Source: Octopus bimaculoides (lineage: Eukaryota). From it: DNA of 64,000 nt. Shown here one piece after another: positions 26,709-38,764 of the stretch. Numbering within the stretch: position 1 is the first letter of the stretch; the number at the start of each line of letters is the position of its first letter. Location of the stretch: assembly GCF_001194135.2 (NCBI RefSeq), contig NC_069003.1:31828968-31892967 (forward strand), written 5' to 3'. Made by a program: the position numbers and the translations under genes. Under the pieces are notes generated by a model. That model searched no databases. It was given only the letters and a program-made list of their open reading frames with translations, and was not told where the DNA came from.

Positions 26709-29700
26709 CTTTATTCTTTTACTGGTTTAGAATGTGTATAAGCAGAATGTGGATTTCAAAGAATGAAGAGTAGAAGAACATCAACTAGTTCAGGACCAGC
26801 TTGTTGCTGAATGTTAAGTGTAGTGATGCAGAGAATGATAGTGACAATGGCGGTGGTGTTGTAGCAGCAGTAGTGGTGCTGAAAGTGGTGGTGGTGGTGG
26901 TGGTGGTATTTCAATAATGTTGGTTCTGTAGTAATGGTGGTAGTGGTGTTAATAATACTGGTTGCGATGGTATTATATGTGGTTGGTGATTGTGTGGTGA
27001 TAGCAGTAGTGGTGGTGGTGGTGGTGGTGGTGGTAGCAGTGGTGAATTGTATAATAAGATAAAATGATATTTCTCAAAGACATCCAGTCAAAGACACAGC
27101 TGTTATTCAATTCCGAATTAAAAATGATAACATGTAATTAGAGTTAATTTGGAGTACTNNNNNNNNNNNNNNNNNNNNNNNNNNNNNNNNNNNNNNNNNN
27201 NNNNNNNNNNNNNNNNNNNNNNNNNNNNNNNNNNNNNNNNNNNNNNNNNNNNNNNNNNNNNNNNNNNNNNNNNNNNNNNNNNNNNNNNNNNNNNNNNNNN
27301 NNNNNNNNNNNNNNNNNNNNNNNNNNNNNNNNNNNNNNNNNNNNNNNNNNNNNNNNNNNNNNNNNNNNNNNNNNNNNNNNNNNNNNNNNNNNNNNNNNNN
27401 NNNNNNNNNNNNNNNNNNNNNNNNNNNNNNNNNNNNNNNNNTTTTTTTTTTTTTTTTTTGCTTAAAGACAATAGTGTGTAATTTGCAGAGGAGATTGAGT
27501 TGCTATTATTTCTAGCAGATCAAACGAATAAATGGAAGACCTCTGGGCTTGAACCTGATTATTGGTTAGAGGTTGTGGTGGTGATGATGACAAGAATGAA
27601 GATAGTGATGACAAAAGCGGTGATGATGATGATGATGGCATATCTACTATGATGTAATGATATATATGAATTATATGATACATTACATATATAATATGTA
27701 ACATCAAATATATTGCATATCAGATATAATATTACATATGTAATATAAGATTCATATCTAATATAATGTAGTATTACATATCTAATAGATTATAATACAA
27801 TATAACATAGATGCAGGCATGTCCGCATGGTAAAAAGTTTGCTTCCCAACCATGTGGTTCCGGGTTCAGTCCCTCTGCATAGCATCTTAGGCAAGTGTCT
27901 TTTACTACAGCCTTTGAAAGGTAAAATTGAAACATTCATGAACAAAATAAACCAAGGAAAACATGCTGTGCAAAATGATAAAATTGAAATGCATCCATGA
28001 TAATGAGAATTTTGTTTGAAACTAATTTGATTAAAATTTGATTAAGCAGAACATAACTGAATATTTGAGATGCATGGCAAAACAGTTCCAGAAATATTTT
28101 CTACCAGGCACAGACAATACTAAATGGGATTGAGTTCAAATCTCATTTATTGCAGCAAGGGAACGGGTGAAACATCTTTATTTGAGGGCTCAAGTAGGAT
28201 TTGCAGATCTGTTATGAAACACAAGTCTCAAACTTGAGTGTTTCTGGTTGAATATGGAATCAGAGAAGCCAACACTCTTGGAATTAGCAACGACAGTTAT
28301 CACTTTCTTCTGCATATTTATGGGAATCTGCAGTTCCAGCTTCAATGGCAATAAAGACAAAATGCCACTCAACTATTAAGAATACAGAAATTCCCATAAG
28401 AATATCACTGACAAATATCAGGCCATATTTTGAAGCATTCTGCCAAAATAATCAAACACATTTTGTCCACTGAAGATATTCATTCATTCAGCCTCACACA
28501 CACACACATATATTATACATACATAAATATATTGCTATTAGTGAAGTTTTGTGTGATGTAAATTTTATTACTTCCTATTTTCCAAGTTTTAACTTGTTGC
28601 TAATATGTTTTTTTGTTTGTCTTATCTTATTCATTCTATCTACTCTCTCGGTCATATCATCTACAAATGGCCTCAAATCTATCCATATTCTCGAATCTAA
28701 AGAGAGATAGCCTTGAATCTATCCATATTCCCAATTCTAAAGAGAGATGGCCTTCAATCTATCCATATTCACAAATCTATCCATATTCCCAAATCTAAAG
28801 AGAGATGGCCTCGAATCTAGCCATATTCAACTCTGCCTACTTTTGCTCTTTATCACTCTACCTCCATCATTATGCCTATGTAATAAAGGCTATCATTAGA
28901 TCAGTCCATAATCAATCCCTTCCAACCATCACTCTTCTTCATTGTTATCCATCATTTTATGTCCAATGACTCTCCCCTTTGCCCCTCTTTGACACCGATC
29001 ATTCTTTCTCTCTCTCACTCACTCACTTCCGTCACCTTGTCTCTCCTATCACTCTCATTTCCCTTATCAAGCCATTTATGCTTTTTTATATTCAATCTCC
29101 TTATCAACAACCAGCATGTTACTGCCCCTTCCATTATCACTGCATCCACTCCCCTCCCACCCCTATATTTCACCCCACCATAATCTCCCTTCTGTTATTA
29201 TCACATTGCCTAAAGCAGCGAGCTGGCAAAATCATTAGCACACCAGGCAAAATGCTTTACACCTTTACATTCTGAGTTCAAATTCCACCAAGGTCAACTT
29301 TGTCTTTCATCCTTTTGGGGTCCATAAAAACAAGAACCAGTTGAGCACTGGGGTTGATGTAATTGACCAGCCACCCTCCTCTACTGCCCTCCCACCCCAT
29401 CTATTCCTCCTCCTCCCCCATCATAATCCCTCTTCTATTATTAGTATTATTACATAGCCTCAAATGAATGGACACATCATAGAATAGTGAAGACTCTAGT
29501 CTTGCTGGCGCCATGATATGATAAAATGAACTCTGTATACTCAAAGAAGTGGTTGCCAAGGGCAAGACAATCCTGCTTCAGAAAATACTGTGATAAAATT
29601 CATACAATATATTCTGTAAAATGTTTGGTACTAGGAAGAGCATTCAGCCATAGAAACTATGCTAAAATGGAATGTACAAATGTGTTGTGGTCTCTGACCT

Positions 29701-29924
29701 GTCTAGGAGAGAAGTAACTGACTCAGGCTGTAACAACCTGTCTCATTTATTTACTGGCATTCTATCAGTTACAATGTCAAGGGTTCCAGTTGATTCGATT
29801 AATAGAACAACCTGCTCATGAAATTAATGTGCACTCCACAGACATGTGTACCCTTAACATAGCTCTTAAAGAGATTCAGCGTGACACAGAATTGTATAAG
29901 AGTACAACAGGGGTCACCATCACC

Positions 29925-29964
<40 letters not shown>

Positions 29965-32465
29965 GACACGTGGCCCAAAGTGCCATGCAGTGGAACTGAA
30001 CAAAATTATTTTACTAAATCTTTTATTATTGAATCAAAGCCAGAATATTTCAAAAGAAATATAGTAAGTAAAAGATTAAAAGTTATATTTACAAAGAATT
30101 TTAAAGCTTCTCCTCTGACTAATAAAATCTAAGAAAATCAACAAAAGACATCTGACCACCTCACTAAATTCACTAAGACAAGAATAAACATCTATTTGAA
30201 GAAATAATGATCAGAAAACTAATATCAAGCGCAAAATTTGTAAAAATATTTATGTGAAAATGGATAAATTTTATTGTCCATCTGTAGAATTTATGGAACT
30301 ATTTAAAGAATGGTAACAATAAAGCAATTAGCAATATGAAAGAAATTCCTTGCTGTGTTTAACACAATAATGTATAGAGATGTATTTGTACAGGTTGTTC
30401 TGTGATGTAGATACAAATATATTTCTTTCCTCTCCATCTATAGAATGTGTATCTAGATAAAAGACTATATTTTGTTGAATAAATCAACTAAACTAAACAT
30501 GTAAGTTCTAGGAACAACTATCTCCTTTCTGCAGAGGAAGGAACTTCGTAGAAGTAATGAGATGTAGTTCATAATTCATTCTAAAGCATAGCGTTCAGCA
30601 GAAGAAAAAGTAAAATGAGAAAATAAAATATTCATATACAAATTGATGCTCAACATAAAGATGAGCCAAGGGAGACTCAGTTGCTCAAGTCTTGAGAAAT
30701 AGCAGTAACATTTCTCTCAAATTAAATTCAAAGCAAATAATACAAGATACAAAAGACCAACAGGATCACAGTGGAGGGGGTCAAACCATATATTTATTGC
30801 TGGTTGGGTGATTGCATTGCTGTTTACACTTCAAAGCGCTAGCTATTATTCATTCTTCCCAAATTAGATACTATAAATTGATTCTGCTATTTTAACTAGT
30901 CTATTTTACTTAGTTCTAAGTGTCAGTGATAGCTGATATTTCTTGTGGAGATAACAGAATATAGTAGGAATAATTTATAGTGTCTACAGCAATTTGGGAC
31001 AAACGAATGGTTAGCACTCAGATGTGTAATTGGAAAGACAATCACCTGGCAATTGATAGATATATGTTGTAAGAGTATTGGTCTTGTTTCCTTTTTTATT
31101 TTTTTTTTTTTTGTTGTCTCAACTTTGTGCTTAAAATCTACTGTATTTCCTGGCATACAAGTCAAAGTTTTCAGACCAAACTTTGCAGCCTAAAATGGTT
31201 AGTTGACTTATACACAAAGATGATTTTGGAGTCACTCAAAAACACACATATAAAACTGAACTTCACTTAAACATTTATTATTTGATATCAAAATTTTCGT
31301 CACATGAACTGCAACCTGGTCACTGACATGATTCCTGCAATGGGAATAATAAATGTTTAAGTGGAGTTAACATTTCTTTGTTTGTTTTGGAATGGCTTTT
31401 CCTACATACAAGCCAATGTAGTATGTAGTGTGAACATTCAAATGGTGTCATTATCTTTACAAATGGACTTACATTCTCACCAGAAAACAGGACAAACAAA
31501 TGCTTGTAAAGACAAAGTTTTTTCCTAGTGAAGAATGTACAGCCCAATGTAAGTTAGTGCTTAGTAACTGTAGACCTAGAGGCACAAACCAAACAACAAA
31601 AGGGACATATGATCCTTTTCTAATAATTAAATTAAAAAAACAATTTACACAAATGCACCAGATATGCACACTTCCATACTCATGCAGCAGGAATATCCAG
31701 ACACCAGCAGTCTGGTATCTGGTCTCGCTTACAATTCTCTCTTTATTTACCAGACACAAAGGTGCCACAAAGATTCTGTTCAATTACACAGTTGAAATAC
31801 AGATTGTGATTCCTACTATCTCTATCTGATGTTGCTACTGCAACAATAACAACATCAACAACACCATGTAACCTGCCTTGACTAGTAGCAGCATAATCAC
31901 AAGTAGCTATCTTGAACTTTCTCCATTCGGTTACCTAAGCCTGAAGAGCTAGGCTCATTTTATGAGCCTACAAACCTTTAAGGTACATGGAGAGGAATTA
32001 AACTGTTATTAAATAATAAAAATACAACTTTCCAAATATTCCTTAGGGGGATATACCCTACTTTTTTTTTGCAGTAAGCAGTTGCATTGTAAATCCTGAT
32101 TTTTAAAACACCATGAACCTTTGACATTTTATCAAATATTTCAAAAGTAAATTATTTTGTTTTCACGGCCCTTTCAGAGTCATAGAGTGACAGAGTAGCA
32201 ACAGAAATATCAAACAGAATACTATACATCAAAACATAACAGACAATGAAACACTATCAGTAATTGGATAACCAAAAGGAGGAAGAGAATTTAGTTAGCA
32301 ACACATCAATGCCAGAAAAAAAAAAACAAGTGAAAATAAAGAATACAACCGTCAGGTTTTTGTTTTCTTTCTTTAACAGATTTCAAGATAGCAGTGGATC
32401 AATATTGTAGGAATAATATCATCTTTTAAAATACAAATAAGACAAGATAATATTTTCTGGCTAAC

Positions 32466-32593
32466 CTTGTATGCATCTGGCGCTGTAGTTGATCAATTTC
32501 CTTCTGCAGAAAAGACACAACGGCTCTGTTGGCTTCGAGTTCTTCTTCAACAGATGATAAATCATCTTTCAGTGCCAGATTTTCAAATTCAGA
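32466..32593 (-). CDS. TBC1D2B: Coding exon (128 nt, phase 0-2), coiled coil SEFENLALKDDLSSVEEELEANRAVVSFLQKEIDQLQRQMHT
   Basis: taatttcAG at 32594-32595 and GTTAGC at 32464-32465. Heptad-like sequence; phase-compatible with both neighbours. Too short for the ORF track. Confidence 0.85.
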
Positions 32594-33769
32594 CTGAAAT
32601 TACAACACAAACAATGTTTACTTATTTGTAAGAATAACACAGGCTATAAATACACACACACACACACACACATATATATGTGTGTGCATAAATATATATA
32701 TANNNNNNNNNNTGAGAGCTTAGTATTTAAAGCGTCAACAACAATTCACAACAAGTGCTAGAGGGTTAAAATAGTGCAACAACAAATTTTAGCTTGTGAA
32801 TCATATACATATATATATATATGTATATGTATATTATCACCAGATATCCTCAATTAGATATTATAATTACCTGCATGCAATGACCTTGTTCAAACTTAAA
32901 GAGTCCTTAGGCCTCAGCCAAGTTTTCAAATTCTGTAATTTTCTTACAATGAGAGCTTAGTATTTAAAGCGTCAACAACAATTCACAACAAGTGCTAGAG
33001 GGTTAAAATAGTGCAACAACAAATTTTAGCTTGTGAATCATATACATATATATATATATGTGTGTGTGCATATATATATATACATGTGTGATTCACAAGC
33101 TAAAATATATATATATCTCATAAAGAAATCTCCACTACTAAAATGCCTGCCTTTGTTATTTGTTCAAGGAAGTGGCGTACAGTCTTTCTGTGTCAGGTTA
33201 AATTACCCATGCTTCAGACCAGTGAAAAGACAACAGACAAGAGATAGCAACACCATTAAACTTGATCAATGTTTATCCTTTGTTGAAATACAAACGAAAA
33301 AATAAAAACTGTAAACAGGTGCAGTCATTGGTGTGTAACCAGAAGTTTGCTTCTCAGCAACATAGTTCCAGGTTCAATCCCATTGCATGTCACCTTGGGC
33401 AAGTGTCTTCTGCTATAACCCCAGGCTGACCAAAGGCTTGTAAGTGGATTTGGTAGACACACAATGAAAGAAGGCTGCCATAGATATATTTGTGTATGCA
33501 TGTGTGTGTGTGTGTGTGCGTGCGTGCACACATGCATGTGCACGCGTGTGTGTGTGTGTGTGTGTGTATTCAAATGGGCTGAGGTTCACTACAATTACAT
33601 CATGTGAAAAAAAATAAAACATTTTCTTTAGGTGACTGAAAAAAAAATATTTAACATTTATGATTTTTCACACAAATAGTATAGGAATAAAAAAGGTCTG
33701 AAACAGATGTAGTAAAACTCTGCCCATTTCTGTTATGTTTTATACTGGCAACACGTGAAACACCACAAA

Positions 33770-34416
33770 GCATTCCGTCCAGCATGCTAACAATCTGGTA
33801 CTTGTTTTACCAACCCTGAAAGGATGAAAGGCAAAGTTGACCTCGGCAGAATTTGAACTCAGCACCCAAGGATGGAGGAAATACTGTTAAGCATTTTGCC
33901 TGGTGTACTAACGATTCTGCCAACTCGCCACCTTAATAATAACATTAATAATAATAATGATTTCAAATTTTGGCACAAGGCCAGCAATTTTGGGGAGAGG
34001 GTAAGTCAATTGCATCAATGCCAGTACTCAGCCGGTACTTAATTTATCGACCCCAAAAGGATGAAAGACAAAGTTGACCTTGGTGGAATTTGAACTCAGA
34101 ACGTAGCAACAGGTGGAAATACCGCTAAGCATTTCGTCCAGCGTGCTAACAATTCTGCCAGCTCACCACCTTAATAATAATAATAATAATAATAATCATC
34201 CTTTCCACTATAGGCACAAGGCCTGAAACTTTGGGGGAGGGGATAAATTGATTACATTGACCCTAGTATGTAACTGGTACCTATTTTACCAACCCTGAAA
34301 GGATGAAAGGCAAAGTTAACCTCGGCGGAACTTGAACTCAGAACATAAGGATGGAAGAAATACCATTAAGCATTCTGCCCGGCATGCTAACGATTCTGCC
34401 AGCTCGCTGCCTTAAT
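33770..34416 (-). mobile_element. Tandem run of 3-4 copies of tRNA-derived SINE family B separated by (AAT)n
   Basis: Minus-strand head aaggcagcgagctggcagaatcgttagc...gttctgagttcaa(a/g)ttccgccgagg. Other copies at about 10340-10482(-), 15005-15110(+), 15140-15330(-), 18860-19275(-, x3), 29205-29375(+), 35020-35230(+) and 37085-37512(-, x2). Confidence 0.85.
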
Positions 34417-34431
34417 TATAATAATAATAAC

Positions 34432-34490
<59 letters not shown>

Positions 34491-37400
34491 TAGTAATAAT
34501 AATAATTATAATGATAATTATAATTAATAATAATAATGATTTTTTCTAAATTCTTCAATAATTTCAAAATTGATTGAAACGAAAGTTCATTTCAATAGAA
34601 ATATGATAACAAAAGACACATTCAATTATATAATCACAGAAGTGGCCATAACTGGACTGCCTCTGATCACAGGTCAGCTAGATCAAAGGTGACCTGAAGT
34701 TAATCAAGAATTACTTCCAACCAAATAAAATCAATATTATATTTGCTGTAAAGAAAAAAAAAGCAAGCTATTATGATGCCAGAAATATGCAGAATAACAC
34801 AAAAAACGATTTGTACGTTTGCACCATAAATTTACAACTCATAACTATTGAAACAAGGATTATCAATAACAGACCACAGTAAGACTATATCGCTATATGG
34901 TCTGTTGCAGCAGTGATAGCAGAAGCAGGAGCAGCAGCAGCAGTAAAGTTCATTTAAAGATATTCTATAAAGTGACCTCTATTTTACAACATGGCTAGTA
35001 ATATATTTGGCAAGTATAAGGCAGGGAAGTGGCAGAACTGTTAGCACACCGGGCAAAATGCTTTGTGGCGTTTTGTCCATTTTTATGTTCTGAGTTCAAA
35101 TTCTGCTGAAGTTGACTTTGCCTTTCATCCTTTCGGGGTGGATAAAATAAGTACATGTTGAGCACTGGGGTGGATGTAATCAGCTTAACCCCTCCTCCTT
35201 CGAAATTGCTGGCTTGAGCCAAAATTTGAAAGCAATGTATTTGCCAAATTTTGAAGATAAATTCATCTTTTGGCAGCTATTTAAAGCATTATCTTGGTGG
35301 TGGGGGGGGGCTGTTTAGCTGTACAAAGTCATGAGGGGGGAACTCACACAGTTTGGGTTTTGCATTAAAAATCTATATATTCTAAAATTCTTTTTATGAA
35401 CAGTAAATCTCAAAGCAGATAAGGCTATAAGCAATAGCATCCAAGTATTGGGTTAAAAATCCCGTTGGCTAGAAAAAACAGTCAAATGTTGCCATGGGAC
35501 TCAAACCCACAATTCTCACCAGTAAGAATAAAATTTCTAACATGGATAGAAAAATTGAAAGGATTGCTTTGGTCTGATGGTAGAACAGCTCTCGTGTTTA
35601 TAGCAGATGAGGGTTCAAGTGCCATGGGCAGCCTTCAACTTTTTCTATCCAAAAGGGTTTTCTCAAACCAATATTTAATTGCTATTATTTATAGCTTAAT
35701 GTACTTCATGATTCACTGTTCCAAAAATGAATTATTTCACATTCTCTGAAAGTTTATAAATTTTCATGAGGCTAAAAGAAATACGTTTTTTTTAACGCTT
35801 AGGGAAACATTGCCATTTTTAAGACAGTAAAATATAATTTAAAAGATTTAGCTTCTATTTCAAGCAAGTCAAGGAACAAAGTATACGCCTCATTTATTGG
35901 CTTTAATTAACAGTTGTTATTTAAATCCAGATCAGTCTTGATCCAGCAGACCTATAATTATTCTGTGACCATTTATATTATTTTCAGAAAAAGTGTACAT
36001 ATATGTGTGCATACATGTACATGTGTGCATGCATACATACATACATACATACATGATGGCCGTCCACTCGTGACTGAGGAAGACCATTGCTGACCTTCAG
36101 GAACATTGTGCGCTCTAGGACTAACTTATATTTTGCATTTGTGGCTCCGTTGGTGGCTAATGAGACCTGCTCTTGACAAACATACACGGCAGCAAACATT
36201 GCAGACCAACAAACAAACAAACATACATACATACATACATACATGGGTGTGTGTTTTTATAAGACTGCATTGTCAATGTGTCCTTCCTCATTAAAGATAA
36301 GTTAAAATGTAGCTTGAGGGGAAATTTAGTTGCTAATTAAACATGTTGATTAGAAATAATTGTATAGCGAGACAAATGGATAGGTAAATTAGCATTAACA
36401 TATTTAAATGAAAGGAGTATTAAAAGGTTAATTAGAAATAATTATATGTTGAGACAGACACATTAGTTAGGTTAATGTTAACATATTTAACCCTTCGGCA
36501 TTCAGGATACTCTGTCAAATGTAATGTTTATTTATTCACATTGTTTTGAATAGATCAGGCATTATCTCATGGCCAAGACATTTCAATGATGGGGTTGTTT
36601 ATTTTAAGAAGGACATTATAGGGTAGGTGTAGGGGACTGGATACTATTTCCTGCTTAGCTGAAGAGGCTTGTCTTGCCTCGTCAGTGCTGGTGCCAAGCA
36701 AAATGCACCCGGTACACTCTGTACAGTGGTTGGCATTAGGAAGAGCATTCAGCCATAGAAACCATGCCAAAGCAGACAGAAGAGCAGTGGTTTTCAATCA
36801 GGGTTCATATGGCCCTTGGAGATCCATAGAAGATTTTATTGTTAAAATTTATGCGCAACAAATTATTTATACTGCTACAATGCACAAAATCTTTCAATTT
36901 TTTTTTGTACAATTCCTAATAACATTATTTACATTATTTACAATTGACGGAATTCCTAATAAAATTAAATTATAAAAATACAGTAGGATTTTTTATATAT
37001 ATATACAAAGAATGGCTATGGATGTCCAGTAGAGTCAAATAATCTCTTGTACTTACTGAAAATAAATGAAAATACTCTATTCTTTTCTACTCTAGGCACA
37101 AGGCACAAAATTTGGGGGAAGGGGGGGCAGTCGATTAGATCAACCCCAGTACACAACTGGTACTTAATTGATCGACCCTGAAAGGATGAAAGATAAGTTG
37201 ACCATGGCAGCATTTGAACTCAGAACGTAAAGACAGACAAAATATCGCTAAGCATTTCGCCTGGCATGCTAACGTTTCTTATTTCTTTATTGCCCACAAG
37301 GGGCTAAACACAGAGGGGGCAAACAAGGACAGACAAAGGGATTAAGTCGATTACATTGACCCCAGTGCGTAACTGGTATTTAATTTATCAACCCCGAAAG

Positions 37401-37588
37401 GATGAAAGGCAAAGTCGACCTCAGCGGAATTTGAACTCAGAACGTAATGGTAGACAAAATACCGCTATGCATTTCGCCTGGCATGCTAACATTTCTGCCA
37501 GCTCACTGCCTTAATGAAAATATTATATTAGTCATCAACTAAGTTTGTTCTTTACCCATTGCATATTTATTTCAAATTACCTTTTTAA

Positions 37589-37808
37589 CCCTTTAACATT
37601 CAGATAACTCTGTCAAATGTGATGCTTATTTATTTATACTGTTTTGAATTATTTGTATATCATCTAGAAGCTTTGACATTTTGATGTACTGTTTGTTCAT
37701 TTTTATAATGACATGGCAGGGTACATCAGTGAGATTAGATCTGACCAGTTTGAACACAATGCAAGTAAAATATCTGGGCCTGATATGGCCAGTGTAAATG
37801 CTAATGGG
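37589..37808. mobile_element. piggyBac-like MITE (TTAA|CCC...GGG|TTAA)
   Basis: ttaa-ccctttaacatt at 37585 and aatgctaatggg-ttaa ending at 37812. Partial copies near 22480-22650, 36488-36660, 39478-39580, 40743-40955 and 43088-43316. A second TTAA-ended family lies at 18065-18250 and 11785-11950. Confidence 0.7.
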
Positions 37809-38297
37809 TTAAGATTTTCGAAGCTCTTTCTGCATTAAATATGCCAACACTAACTTAGCTATTGTCTTTCCATGCAGATGACATCTCTGAGTTATTTATT
37901 TTCTAGCAAGTATTGAACAAGTAAATGAAGTGATTAAAAGAATCTATGTTAAGATAGGGAATAAAGACAGCAAAAGTGGCTTCAGGCTTTGAGATAATAT
38001 TTACCCAGCAAATGAAAAATATATTGGGGGGGAAATGTAAGAGAGGGGAGAGGGGAGGGGAAATACTGGTAGGTGATTAAATTATCTCTGATAATGTTGG
38101 GGGCCAAATATATATATATATCCTCATGATTATATATACAGCTAAAGCAATGATTGCAAATGAGAGAAGTACATGAATTTCTTTTTACACACACACAAAT
38201 ATATGCACATGATTAATATACACACTCACACAAATATATATGTATATATGCATGTATATAAATGTAAATATGCAAATATATTTCAACACACACACAC

Positions 38298-38348
<51 letters not shown>

Positions 38349-38715
38349 TATAATATATTTTATACATACANNNNNNNNNNNNNNNNNNNNNNNNNNNNNN
38401 NNNNNNNNNNNNNNNNNNNNNNNNNNNNNNNNNNNNNNNNNNNNNNNNNNNNNNNNNNNNNNNNNNNNNNNNNNNNNNNNNNNNNNNNNNNNNNNNNNNN
38501 NNNNNNNNNNNNNNNNNNNNNNNNNNNNNNNNNNNNNNNNNNNNNNNNNNNNNNNNNNNNNNNNNNNNNNNNNNNNNNNNNNNNNNNNNNNNNNNNNNNN
38601 NNNNNNNNNNNNNNNNNNNNNNNNNNNNNNNNNNNNNNNNNNNNNNNNNNNNNNNNNNNNNNNNNNNNNNNNNNNNNNNNNNNNNNNNNNNNNNNNNNNN
38701 NNNNNNNNNNNNNNN

Positions 38716-38764
<49 letters not shown>

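Noticed and set aside
36659-36686. ctgaagaggc...gcctcgtcag with hammerhead-like core words on both strands
   Set aside because: There is no GAAA after the stem; it is simply a short hairpin.
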